A stretch of DNA of 64,000 bases from Octopus vulgaris. Lineage: Eukaryota. Location: NCBI GenBank assembly GCA_951406725.2, contig OX597830.1, positions 5,456,001 to 5,520,000 on the forward strand, written 5' to 3'. Of this stretch, positions 1 to 13,284 are shown piece by piece (the stretch's first letter is position 1; every line of letters starts with the position of its first letter). Both the position numbers and the translations under genes were made by a program. The notes below the pieces were generated by a model. That model saw only the letters and a program-made list of their open reading frames with translations, made no database searches and was not told where the DNA came from.

Positions 1-1440
1 TATAAGCATTATATAAAGCATAAATATATAAGCATTATATAAAGCATAAAAATATAAATATATAAGCATTATATAAAGCATGAATATAAATATATAAGCA
101 TTATATAAAGCATAAATATAAATATATAAGCATTATATAAAGCATAAATATTAATATATAAGCATTATATAAAGCATAAATATAAATATATAAGCATTAT
201 ATAAAGCATAAATATATAAGCATTATATGAAGCATAAATATATAAACATTATATAAAGCATAAATATAAATATATAAGCATTATATAAAGCATAAATATA
301 AATATATAAGCATTATATAAAGCATAAATATAAATATATAAGCATTATATAAAGCATAAATATATAAGCATTATATAAAGCATAAATATAAATATATAAG
401 CATTATATAAAGCATAAATATAAATATATAAGCATTATATAAAGCATAAATATAAATATATAAGCATTATATATAAAATAAATATATAAGCATTATATAA
501 ATAACATAAATATATAAGCATTATATAAAGCATAAATATAAATATATAAGCATTATATAAAGCATAAATATAAATATATAAGCATTATATAAAGCATAAA
601 TATAAATATATAAGCATTATATAAAGCATAAATATATAAGCATTATATAAAGCATAAATATATAAGCATTATATAAAGCATAAATATAAATATATAAGCA
701 TTATATAAAGCATAAATATAAATATATAAGCATTATATAAAGCATAAATATAAATATATAAGCATTATATAAAGCATAAATATATAAATATATAAGCATT
801 ATATAAAATAAATATAAATATATAAGCATTATATATAAATATAAATATATAAGCATTATATAAAGCATAAATATAAATATATAAGCATTATATAAAGCAT
901 AAATATAAATATATAAGCATTATATAAAGATAATATAATACATAAATATATAAGCATTATATATAAATATATATATATAAAGCATAATAATATAAATTAT
1001 ATAAAAAGCATAAATATAAATATAAAGCATTATATAAAAATAAATATAAATATATAAGCATTATATAAAGCATAAATATAAATATATAAGCATTATATAT
1101 AAATATAAATATATAAGCATTATATAAAGCATAAATTAAATATATAACATATATAAAGCATAAATATATAAGCATTATATAAAGCATAAATATAAATATA
1201 TAAGCATTATATAAAGCATAAATATAAATATATAAGCATTATATAAAGCATAAATATAAATATATAAGCATTATATAAAGCATAAATATATAAGCATTAT
1301 ATAAAGCATAAATATAAATATATAAGCATTATATAAAGCATAAATATAAATATATAAGCATTATATAAAGCATAAATATAAATATACAATCATTATATAA
1401 AGCATAAATATAAATATATAAGCATTATACAAAGCATAAA
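1..1440. repeat. AT-rich minisatellite, 32-bp unit (TATATAAGCATTATATAAAGCATAAATATAAA) mixed with a 26-bp variant; runs off the window start
   Basis: Unit is directly readable dozens of times; the 26-bp variant lacks one TATAAA; a more degenerate patch lies at ~930-1150. Confidence 0.97.
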
Positions 1441-1768
1441 TGGTGATTACGTTTTCTGTGTTACTTTTCTTTCTCTCCTTCTCTCTCTCTTTCTCTCTCT
1501 CCATCTTTCTCCCCCCCCCTCCATATTTTTGCTCCTCATCTATTCTTTCTCTAGAGGAACGAATTCTAAACGAAATAAGTGCAACGGAGATTAAAAAAGA
1601 AGGTACCATTTGACAAGTCACCTGATGATATACAACTGTACCAAATGATGCACCGAACTATTCGTAAAGCATCGCACCCACGAGGGACCAATGAATAATG
1701 TGTCGAAAGGATCGTAGTGATTAATAAAATATCATGAATTCCGTTTTCTCTCTCACTCTCTTTCTTTC

Positions 1769-1799
<31 letters not shown>

Positions 1800-3011
1800 G
1801 ATAGATAGATATTTTGTTATCTAATACGGAAATGATAGACATCTTCTGGTATGCGTATATGCCGTAACAATGAAGACAATTGATTCCATTAAGTTATTTT
1901 AACTGACATTGAAAGAGGAGCTGACCGAAAAGATTGAGGTGGGGGTAGCTTTAAACATTTAAACATTCAGCTTTTCAAACAATAGTGTATTAGCTACAAG
2001 GGAAGTCCTTCCATCTTTGCTGATTGATGAAGCAAAACTCGCAAGCAATTACGAACCGCACCAACGTTCGCTTTAACAGCGAACAAACAAAACAGCATTG
2101 ACGTAACGAAGCAATTGCTGGCAGACGACAACGGAACATATATTTCTTTCGTACAATTATCCAACTAAACGAAGTGGATTGATTACTTAGACATCTAATT
2201 AGATTAAGTAAGGGTTAACTACATGCATCGACAAAGAACTTGCTCTTTTTCAGCATGGAAGCTTTAGAACTGGTAGAGTTCCACAGGTTCGTTTAATGAA
2301 AGACATCGAGTAGAAAAAATGGACTGCATTCTATCGATTACGAATATGTATGAATGTCGTAGTTGCGTAGATATGTGTGCAAGTTTGTGTGCGTGTGTAG
2401 TGTGTCTGAGTGTGTGTCTGTGTGAATATCGATGTATATATGTGTGCGTGAGTGTTGTGTACGTATATGGCTATTTTAATTCGTTATGTTTAAGTATTCA
2501 CCACAAATGATACAGTAACGTTTGCACATGCACACGCGGAGAAAATAAGCATCGCTTACAGTTGCAAACATATACACACAACACACGTTACGAGCATGCA
2601 AAATCACAGAGAAACTGGCAAACACACACACACACACACACACATGTGTACATGTAAATATACGTATAAAAATGCACACACACATTTATACGTATATACA
2701 GACATATATGCGCCTATGTAAATATATATGTTTGTGTGCACATACATAAATGTAAGTACGTTAAGGTATATTTATCGGCTTGACATGTTCCATATTCATT
2801 GATTAGAGACCCCAAGAGTGTGGATTCCTCCATCGATTCTAATTCAATACTTCCTCATTGAAAATTTCTCTCCACTGATTTTATCCTTGGTTTGTCTCCA
2901 TTTTATTTCTATTGTCACCACGTCCCGACTTTATTTACCCCTGATTTTCTGGAAATAATATCTAGTCTCCTTGAAAGACTATAACCCCCACCCACTTGCA
3001 AAGTGATTAAC

Positions 3012-3755
3012 AAGCGACGATCTGTCAGAATGGTAGAGAGCGTCGAACAAAATCCTTACCGACATTTCTTTCAGCTATTTATTTTTCTGAGTTTAAATTC
3101 CATCGAGAAATTTTCCATCCGTATTTTGGGATCGATTAAATCAATACCAGATGAACACAGTGTTAGATGTAAATGATTTAGCCCTTCCCCTCTAACTAGC
3201 TGGTCTCGTGGCGTTAGTAAAATGATTTTAGTTGCTTTTCCACTTTTGATCCATGAAAAGCCCATCAATTTTATTGTCGAGTTTCGTCTTGCGATGTTGT
3301 CCTAAGTCTCCTGATCCTGGTGAGTTGGCAGAATGGTTAGTACGCCGGGAAAAATGCTTGGTATCATTTCATCCGCCGTCACGTTCCGAGTTCAAATTCC
3401 GCTGAGGCCGACTTTGCCTTTCATTCTATCGGGGTCTATAAATTAAGTGCCAGCGAAAGACTGGAGTTTCGATCTTATCGAATAGTCCTCTACCCTAAAA
3501 TTTCAGAACTTGTGTCTTTAATAGAAAGGATTATTCTCATTAAGAGGCGGCGAATTGTATTGTTAGCTGGACGAAATGCTGAGCGGTATTTCGTTTGTCA
3601 CCACGTTCTGAGTTCAATTTCCTCAAAGATCGACATTGCTTTTCATCCTTTCGAGGTCGATAAATTAAGTACCAGTTGAGTATTGGGGTCGATGTAATCG
3701 ACTTAACTCCTCCCTCAAAATTTCAGGTCTTGTGTCTATAGTAAAAAAGGATTAT
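3012..3755 (+). mobile_element. Three head-to-tail copies of tRNA-derived SINE family B (~3012-3225, ~3318-3535, ~3545-3755)
   Basis: Repeated head (TGGCAGAATGGTTAG...GAGTTCAAATTCC, Pol III A/B-box-like) and core (TTGCCTTTCATCCTTTCGRGGTCGATAAATTAAGTACCAG); ends in (TAT)n. Confidence 0.85.
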
Positions 3756-3764
3756 TATTATTAC

Positions 3765-3816
<52 letters not shown>

Positions 3817-3832
3817 GTTATTGTTATTGTTA

Positions 3833-3885
<53 letters not shown>
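3750..3885. repeat. (TAT)n microsatellite, tail of the SINE cluster
   Basis: Direct reading. Confidence 0.95.
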
Positions 3886-4419
3886 CGTCTCAAGTCCCCA
3901 AGGCAACGGGATCCACTAACGAACTCCCCTTAAAATTCTTGGCTTTGTGCTTTTCCGTTATTGTCATAGTTGTTGTTGTTGTTATCCAAATTCTACAGTC
4001 GAATCATTAATTGGATGGTCTGAGCACTCATGTATTTCCCTTAATCAAAATATCATATGTCATATAGTTTAATAAACATGTGTTTGCCTCGTATGGTTTT
4101 TCCCACCGATCAGAGCCAACACTGTCGGAAGGGTTCACATGGGTCTCCTTTAACAGTGAGACTTGAATACATAAGGACATTAGTGCATATATTTATGGAG
4201 GTAGTTGTAATGTCAACATAAGACAAACAGATTAGCCAGCATGTGGCTTACTAAGTATGATTGAAATAACAGCAAAATCCCATGGAACGGTATGTATGAT
4301 CATATGCATATATATATATATATATATATGCATGTATATGTATATATATATGTATGTATATATATATATATATACATATATATGTATACATACACACACA
4401 CACACACACATATATATAC

Positions 4420-4475
<56 letters not shown>

Positions 4476-5765
4476 ATATCTATGTATGTATATATGTATG
4501 TATATAGTTCTATTTGAGAGGGCGATTATTCATTTGTGAATTTGTATATATGTATTCGTAGGCATTATAAGAATCGGGAAACTAAGAATGAAAGAGAGCT
4601 TATGGTAAACTTCCCGCCAGCTGCAGGGCTTTAAAGGCTATGATGTAATCTTAGCGTCTTTCTGGAGATCCAGAAATCGCAATGGTAAAATACGTAAAAA
4701 TGAGATAAAACTCCAAGGCCTTGGATTTTTATCTCATTCTGAAAAATTTTTCATATATACACATGCTTATATACGACCTACGTTGGACTCATTCGCATAA
4801 TCATTGAGTAATCCTTCAGTTTAATTTTAAATTGTTTTTCCATAAAAAGAATCATTATGATATAAATATACGTACATATGTACATGAATACATACATACG
4901 TATGTACTTACGTACATGCATGCATACATGCGTCCATACCTCCATAGACACATACATGAATAAACGCTGCGTGTTTTATCCTAGAATCAATGTCTGAACA
5001 AAAGCCAGTTTAGACATGATTGCAGCGTGTTTAATAGGATGTTCGGCCAATCAAGGCTGACAAGGGTGTAAACACCAAAGCTAACCGCCACCAAAACCAC
5101 CACCACCACCAAAATAACAACAACAACAATAACAGCAACACTGTCAACGTGAATAAAGAGAACAGTAGCGCTATTGAAAATCTTTCTAATTGACTCAGAG
5201 ATTTTCACGCCAAATTCCGTTGAAGCATGTGAAAATATTTTAGACGTATTTCTCTATTCTCTACTTTCTTTTCCAACTATTAATAAGCGGGTAGTTCTAA
5301 GTTCTGCATCATTAATTGCCACAGCAGTCAGTGCAGTGTACATAAACTGTCTTTTAGTTCTTTCTCTGGCGGGTTCCTTTAAGTATTTTTTCGTTCTTTA
5401 GCAACAACGGCACGTGGTAACCATTTTTTCTTTTTCTTTTACTAAAGAGCTTTTCCCTTTGAACATCTGGTCGCCATTGACAAGTTCCTATAATTCTCAC
5501 AGTTAATGTTATTTTACTTAAAAGATAATATTTTCTTAACCACTCGACTACCATTTTCTTTCAGTTAACACACGGGGTTTCCTTTCAGTTTTAAAAATTT
5601 CTTTGCTATTTTCCGTCTCATTTTCATTTCTTTCTGTTTCTTTTATTATTCTTTTCGTTATAGATATGCGCGTGTGCATACATACATGCATACATACATA
5701 CGTACACACGTACATCCATACATACATGCATGCATATATACATACGTACACATGAATGCATACTA

Positions 5766-5806
<41 letters not shown>

Positions 5807-6123
5807 TATACACACGCACACACACACATATATATCTATAGCTATATATAGATACATGTATATATATAATATACATATAAATGTATAAGTGTATATATAT
5901 ATATGCATACATATACATGTGCATATGCGTTCTTACATATATGCATATACATACACGTATATATATACATACTATATACATGTAATAAGACGGTGTCCCA
6001 GCATGGTCGCAGTTTAATGATTGAAGCGTGTAAAACACAAAAGATATAAATTTATACACATACACACACATAAAACACACGCATATACATATTTGTGTGT
6101 GTGTATATATATATATGTGTATG

Positions 6124-6163
<40 letters not shown>

Positions 6164-6214
6164 ATACAAGTGAAAGGAAATGGTATCCAATGCACAGAGA
6201 AAAGTTAACTTTAA

Positions 6215-6215
<1 letters not shown>

Positions 6216-6283
<68 letters not shown>
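6216..6283. repeat. (TAG)n microsatellite
   Basis: Direct reading. Confidence 0.97.
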
Positions 6284-6285
<2 letters not shown>

Positions 6286-6611
6286 ATAATGACTATAATA
6301 GTAAAACTATTGTAAGTCTGTTTTTGACGGCAGAAGTAGTTGAAGGCGAAATGTTGTTTTGATAAGCAGCAACGCGAAACTCGGGGTAAACAATAGTTCA
6401 AAAGCGAGTTATTCCATTATTGTTATTATATCGTTATATTGCACTTAATTGTAATAATAATAATAATAATGTTAATAATAATAGGTTATGATTTAAGTAC
6501 AGGCCCAGGAATATACGGTAGGTGCTTAATTGATGCCATCAATACCATATAGGACGTACCTAATCGACCCCGAAAGGGAAAGCTGATTCCAGTGAGATCT
6601 GATCGCAGAAA

Positions 6612-6760
6612 CTGTGTGGTAAGAAACTTGCTTTCCAACCACATGGTTCTGGGTTCAGTTCCACTGTGTGGCACCTTGGGCAGGTGTCTTCTAACATAGC
6701 CTCGAACAGACCAAAGCCTTGTGAATGGAATTGGTAGACGGAAACTGAAAGCCCGTCGAA
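6612..6760 (+). mobile_element. SINE family A, 5' half (tRNA-like head plus CORE-like segment)
   Basis: CTGTGTGGTAAG...GGGTTCAGTTCCACTG...CACCTTGGGCAGGTGTC...GGTAGACGGAAACTGAAAG matches the copies at 56939 (+) and 7190 (-). Confidence 0.9.
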
Positions 6761-6814
6761 TATATATATATATATATTTTTTTTTTCTTTCTTTTTCTTT
6801 TTCTTTTTTTTCTT

Positions 6815-7189
6815 TTTCCTTGTTTCATTTTGACTGCGGCCATGCTGGAGCACCGCCTTTAATCGAGCAACTCGACCCCGGGACTTATTCTTTTGTAAGC
6901 CCAGTACTTATTCTATCGGTCTCTTTGCCGAACCGCTAGGTAATGGGGACATTAACACACCAGCATCGGTTGTCAAACAATGCTAGGGGGACAAACACAC
7001 AAACGTACGTACACACATATATATATACGACGGGCTTCTTTCAGTTTCCGTCTACCAAATCCACTCACAAGGCTTTGGTCGGCCCGAGGCTATAGTAGAA
7101 GACACTTGCCCAAGGTGCCACGCAGTGGGACTGAACCCGGGACCATGTGGTTGGTAAGCAAGCTACTTACCACACAGCCACTCCTGCGC

Positions 7190-7190
<1 letters not shown>
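6815..7190 (-). mobile_element. SINE family A, full-length copy
   Basis: Reverse complement reads GGCGCAGGAGTGGCTGTGTGGTAAGTAGC...internal TA/TG tract...GGCGGTGCTCCAGCATGGCCGCAGTC...GAAACAAG plus an A-rich tail. Confidence 0.93.
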
Positions 7191-7214
<24 letters not shown>

Positions 7215-7222
<8 letters not shown>

Positions 7223-7460
7223 CATAATAATAAATATTAGGGAATAAATCCAAATTTACAGGGAAAAAATCAGATTTAGGATTAAATCCAATTTTAAAGT
7301 AAAATATTATATAATATTAATTCGAGACAAAACCACTATTTTGCAAAACAAACAAGGAAAGACTTAATCAATATATAAAAATTTTTAATATAAAGAAATA
7401 AACCGCCACTACAATCGTTTCATGTCTTCAATGACATTCGTCAGGTGGATTTTCGATCTC
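7215..7460 (-). mobile_element. Probable Penelope-like (pseudo-LTR) fragment carrying a hammerhead ribozyme
   Basis: AT-rich segment containing a minimal hammerhead; minimal hammerheads are characteristic of Penelope-like elements. No protein remnant seen. Confidence 0.5.
7406..7448 (-). ncRNA. Minimal type I hammerhead ribozyme
   Basis: Minus strand: CCAC-CTGACGA-ATGTC-ATTGAA-GACAT-GAAAC-GATT-GT-A-GTGG. Stem I CCAC/GTGG, core CUGAnGA, stem II ATGTC/GACAT, GAAA, 2-bp stem III AC/GT, GUA cleavage triplet. Confidence 0.82.
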
Positions 7461-7469
7461 CTAATCTGT

Positions 7470-7768
7470 TTTAATGGCTGCCCCCTCGTTTTCGAGTATG
7501 GCCATTGCACGAAGCTTAACTGTTACTGGTGCTGTGATCAAATGTGACTTTTTAGCCCAGCTAAAGATCTACAATGTCTTGTACAAAATTGGCAACTAAA
7601 ACCTTTACTGGTAATAGCCGGCTGTAGTTGTAACCGGGTTTCATGTACCTTTGCATGTCGTTTAAGTCCGCCTGCCGAGTTACACTCCCTTCCACATGCC
7701 CGACAGATATGATTAGTATGGTGTGTTACACCACCACCAGTGGCCAGGTTGTCACTCATCTGTCTCGT

Positions 7769-7770
<2 letters not shown>
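7470..7770 (-). mobile_element. 3' terminal fragment of an RTE-clade LINE with two C2H2-like zinc knuckles
   Basis: ORF 7538-7960 ends ...HICRACGRECNSAGGLKRHAKVH...FSCQFCTRHCRSLAGLKSHI, followed by a short 3'UTR (GGCCATACTCGAAAACGAGGGGGCAGCC) of the type seen at RTE ends. Confidence 0.7.
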
Positions 7771-7800
<30 letters not shown>

Positions 7801-7803
7801 CAT

Positions 7804-7872
<69 letters not shown>

Positions 7873-8020
7873 CAAAATGAAACAAGAACGCAAAACATCC
7901 AGACAGGTGATACAAGAAAGGGACAACAAAACCTCCAGATAGTCGATACAAAGAAAACAAGTACGGATCATTCGGAGTTTTCTTTCCTCAGTCGAGTTCC
8001 AGATTATCTTTGCAATTTCG

Positions 8021-8070
<50 letters not shown>

Positions 8071-8099
8071 CATACATACATATATATATATATACATGT

Positions 8100-8272
8100 G
8101 TGTGTGTGTGTGTTTGTGTGTGCGTGTGTGTGTGTTTATGTGTCTGTGTTTGTAACTTAGCGGTTCAGCGAAAGAGAAAGTACTAGGCTTACGAACAATA
8201 AGTTTTGTAATAGATTTGTTCGACTAAAGGCAGTATGTCCGCAGTCAAATGACTGAAACAGTAAAAAGAATA
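8100..8272 (+). mobile_element. SINE family A, 3' half
   Basis: GTAACTTAGCGGTTCAGCGAAAGAG...TACTAGGCTTACGAA...CCGCAGTCAAATGACTGAAACAG matches the tail of 56939-57295. Confidence 0.85.
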
Positions 8273-8356
8273 ATGACCTACCTCTCACGCGCGTGAATGT
8301 GTGTGAGTCTTTCCCCTTCTCTCTCACTACACATACAGACATACACAAGCATACAT

Positions 8357-8394
<38 letters not shown>

Positions 8395-8626
8395 GCACAC
8401 ACACACACTCATACGGAATACAGGTATAGAAAATACCATATAGCATGAAATCATAATTTATTAAATTTATCTCCGCCTTCCAGGAATGTGCTTATGATAA
8501 ATTATCATATATCATATTATATCCTATTGCATTATAATATATTAGACTATGTTACATATACATATTCTCTATTTTTCTATGTTTTATACACACACGCACA
8601 CACACATATCTATATCTATCTATCTA

Positions 8627-8670
<44 letters not shown>

Positions 8671-9107
8671 TAGATAGATATAGATATATATATATTATCT
8701 CCCGAAAACGTAGGAATCGAATAACGCTTTCTATCTTATTGTGTGAAATATTTGTTGACAAAAACATAGAAACATAGATTCTTATACAAACTAGACATAC
8801 ATATGCGCGCACACACACACCATCACTCACGTACATGTCTGTATGCATGTGTGTGCGTATATATATATATGTACAAGCATATGGGCATGTATGTATGTAT
8901 AAATGATTTATAGATGTGGGTGGGTGTGGGTGTCGAGTAATTTGTTGAAAAAAATCTCGATAAGGTCGGTCGAGATGTACAAACTGTATCATTTACTAAA
9001 ACACATATCACACACATACACTTGTATTCGTGTGTTTGAGTATACATACATACATACATACATACATACATACATACATACATACATACATACATACATA
9101 CACACAT

Positions 9108-9171
<64 letters not shown>

Positions 9172-9223
9172 CCATATACATATATATATATAAATACATA
9201 TATATATATATATGTATATATGT

Positions 9224-9272
<49 letters not shown>

Positions 9273-10191
9273 CTGTTAGCTTGTGAAGGTATGTATCTAC
9301 GTGTACGTATAATTGCAACTAATTGGCGAAACTGTTTGACAATGTAGATAACAATATTTAGTGGTGATATAATAAGGTCTACTTGAGAAAATAATACACA
9401 CTCACGTTGCTGACACATGATTGTAGACGTGTGCAGACTGATTGGCATATATGTGCGGCTGTGTACGAGTATATATTTTTTTGCACGGAAACACACACAC
9501 ACACACACACATACACATATGCACAAATGCGCTCGCCCCCCCCCATATTTAGATATATACATGGATACACACGTGGAAAGATACATGCATTCGTTAATAC
9601 ATAAAATGATATGTATATATATATATATATATATATATGCATGTATGTATGTATAATATATATGTGCATAAATGGTATACATATACATTCATATATATAT
9701 AAACACACACACATACAGCCACATGGAAATATACATGCATATATTTATACATAAAAATTATATATAAATATATATATATATATACAGTATGAGCATAACA
9801 TATATGCAGAAATGGTATACATGTGTATACATGTGTATATATATCAAGTAAAAAGTTGGGAAGGAAGAACGAGAGAGGTATTTATTGCTTTTAGCCCCCA
9901 GGCTGGTGAAACTTCAAGTCTGTCAACAAAGAGTTAACCTGCCTATGTACGTATACATACATGCATACATGCATAAATAATCCATACATACATCTATAAA
10001 TACATATGTATATGTGTGTGTGTATGTATGTATGTATGTATGTATGTTTGAACACACATAACACACATAATAAATCTGCACTTTAAGAAATGTACTGAGT
10101 AATCTTTCAATTTAATGTAAAATTGATAGATACATAGATATAGATATATATAGATATGTATATATATAAAGAGAAAACAGACATAGACATA

Positions 10192-10233
<42 letters not shown>

Positions 10234-11419
10234 AAAGAAAGAAAGAGTGGGTATTGCAGAAAGTGTGTTTCTTCTGTTAAGAATTTTGTTTTCGACATTT
10301 CCCTGAAATATTTCACAATTTGATTTTAATTCATTGTAAGCAGTAGATTATTTGTATTAAATATTCAATCTAATCTGGTATAATTATCCTAGCTTTTGGT
10401 AACATCGAACCAGCATTGACGAAACAAATTATAGAAAACTGTTGCAATCTTTTCATTTATATTTTGTTTCCAATAACGTGGGAAAATCCTATTTAACGCT
10501 TAGCTGATTTGTAACTATTACAGCCCTTATAACATGGATTTCATTCTGGAATAAGTAGCTACCTGGCTTCCTAGGAAGTAATTTGTTTGAAATAACCCTC
10601 ATGTAAATAAATAAATCACAGAACTACAAATAGAGACACATTGCATTTTCGCCTTGTCTTCCTTGCTTTTAATTCTATAAAGTTTTAGTGATGTCCCGTA
10701 AAGAATATATATATGGCGCTAGTTTGAAAGATAATTTCTCTTCGCTTTCGCTTGTTTCCACGTGTAAAATTGACTCTGTAAAATTGTTTCAATTTAATTG
10801 CTTTTGTAATATTAGCTGCTTGTCCAAACAGTAATGGTAATATCCTGCTGACAACACAAGATCACTTTGCTTGGGAACATCTCGGCGAATATTATTTTTG
10901 ATGACCTTACAATACAGGCTATCAAACTTACCTCGTCAAAGACAATACCACAACCGCTGGCTGACGGCCTACCTTAATAATATTTCACCGCAATGTTTCA
11001 GATGTAAACAATGAGAATTTATAGCTTCAGTCTACAACAGCCGTTGATGACATGTCTAAAGCTGAATTTATTCGCTGTTTCGAAATGGCTTTGCAGAAAC
11101 TTCTAAGAAACTTATTTCTCTCTGATAGGTTTCTTACAAACTGGAGCGTTTAAACATTTTGCTCTTTAATAAAGCCACATTCATCATAATTTACACTTAG
11201 TGTAACTGAACGATAGAAGTTTGTAATTAACACTTCTTTTACCTTTATATCTACTCAGTAGAATTGCGTGGTCAAGTGGTAGTACGTTCGAATCACAAAA
11301 TTATGCACTTAGCTTAGAGCCCTTGACCAGGTGTCGCGTTGTCCCTCAGTTCTTGTTGCTCCAGTCTTCTCAACTGCATTGAGCACCAGTCAATCGCTGG
11401 TGCAATCGTCTCCCCCTCA

Positions 11420-11800
11420 CGATGTTCTAGTGGTTACTCAAAGTATTGCACTCACGATAGCAAGATCACTGTTTCGATTTCCGGACCAGGTAGTGTGTTG
11501 TGCTCTTGAGTAAACCACTCCATTTCACAGTGCTCTGTGACCACTTCGACATCTGATGCGTGGCGCATAAAACTGTGCTGGCAAAGTTCATTTGATAGAG
11601 AGAATGAGCAAATGAAAGGGACAAATGTTTGATCACTATAAAATCTTCTGTGCAGGTTGTTCACAAAAAAAAAAATTCAGCACTCTGTCCTGCCGTTTAC
11701 AGTACTGGCGTTGATTTGTTCAACTAAAATTCTTCAAGGGAGTGCCCCAACATGGCCGTCGTCTAATGACTGAAACAAGTAAAAGACAAACGATAAAATT
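11420..11800 (+). mobile_element. Degenerate tRNA-derived SINE head followed by a SINE-A tail fragment
   Basis: CTAGTGGTT...GTTTCGATTTCCGGACC...TGTGCTCTTGAGTAAACCACT; then CAACATGGCCGTCGTCTAATGACTGAAACAAGTAAAAG at ~11750-11787. Confidence 0.6.
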
Positions 11801-12089
11801 TATTTATCAAAATAACATACGTAATATGCATTTGTTTTTATAGAGGGTTTTAATTGAAAGCACTTCGAAACAGGAAGCTTGTATTACAGAAAGGTCAGAC
11901 GGGTTGGTATGAATATGGTGACGCAGCTATTTTGCATGGCTTCAACTGAAAGCTGACCAATCAGTGTATGGGAAAGCTTCCTCTTATGAATTTTTTCAGT
12001 TAAAACCCTGCGTAGAAACAAATTCATACTTATTCATGTTCCAAGCCCCAAATTAATATTTACACAGTTATTTCAATAAATACTTTTAA

Positions 12090-12301
12090 TCTTTTATCTT
12101 TTACTTGTTTCAGTCTTGAGACAACGGCCATATTATGGCACTCTTTTGAAGAACGCTAATCAAGCGATTTAATCCCAGTCCTGGTACTTACTCTATTGGT
12201 TTCTTTTGCGGAGCCGCTATGTTTCAGGAATAGAAACATACCAACACTGGTGGTCGAGCGGTGATAGGGGACAGATAGACACAAACACACACACACACAC
12301 A

Positions 12302-12388
<87 letters not shown>

Positions 12389-12490
12389 ACACACACGCAC
12401 ACACACACACTAACAAGTCTTTGATCAGCCCAAGGCTATAATAGAAGACACTCGATCAAAATGCGTCGTAGTGAGACTGAACACGTAGTC
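12090..12490 (-). mobile_element. SINE family A, diverged copy with expanded internal (CA)n
   Basis: TTTTACTTGTTTCAGTC...GGCCATATTATGGCAC...(CA)n...GGCTATAATAGAAGACACT...GACTGAAC. Confidence 0.8.
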
Positions 12491-13240
12491 ATTATTTTCA
12501 GAATGAACTGAAAAAAAGAGATCGTAGTTAAAGAGAAGTATGATAAGAGAAAGGCTGTGTATGAAAAAATATTGGAATAGGTCGGTTCTTCCCCTGAATT
12601 AAAGGTTAGTATTACTATATATTTATTAGGTATGGAAGATAAAAGAAAAAAATCGGCAAAATACAACACTGAAACTGAAGGAATTGTGAGTAAAAGACAT
12701 GATATAAAAGACACAAACAAGTAATTTGAATTCAGAACGAAAGCTGAATCAGTAGAGAACTGGTTGAATTTTTTTTGAAAGAGTTGAGATGTCTCTATGT
12801 CATTTCTGATTTGAAATTTCGTAATAAAACATAAAGGTTGTAATTTCCCTTGAAAGCATTCAATTTAAATTTGACGAAAGAAAAATGAAAATTACAAAAT
12901 TAAAAATATTTTAGAATATGTATGATTCTATGATTGCAATGTTTAAATAACGATATTACAACTAAATACACTATGCGATCATACAATGTGTTGCATACGT
13001 CATATACAAACATAAGTGTGTGTGTGTGTGTGTGTGTACATATGTATGCATGTGTGTGTGTATGTGTGTGTGCTTATGTGTTTCAGTATATCTGTTGAAA
13101 CCGACTTTGAACGCCATTGAATTATGAAATATGTCTGAAATCTATGTCTTCATATATACACATACATACACACAGACACACACACAAATATATACCTATA
13201 TCTGTTTGCATCTATGTTTAAGTGTGTATGTGTAAAGGTG

Positions 13241-13284
<44 letters not shown>

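Noticed and set aside
1-1440. Possible CRISPR array
   Set aside because: No unique spacers, eukaryotic context and no cas genes; it is a tandem minisatellite.
7538-7700. C2H2 zinc-finger transcription factor exon
   Set aside because: Lacks TGEKP linkers and is followed by an RTE-type 3' end; better explained as a LINE C-terminus.
10926-11100. Perfect minus-strand GAG|GTAAGT donor
   Set aside because: All three frames hit stops shortly upstream; the plus strand looks more like a mariner C-terminal relic.
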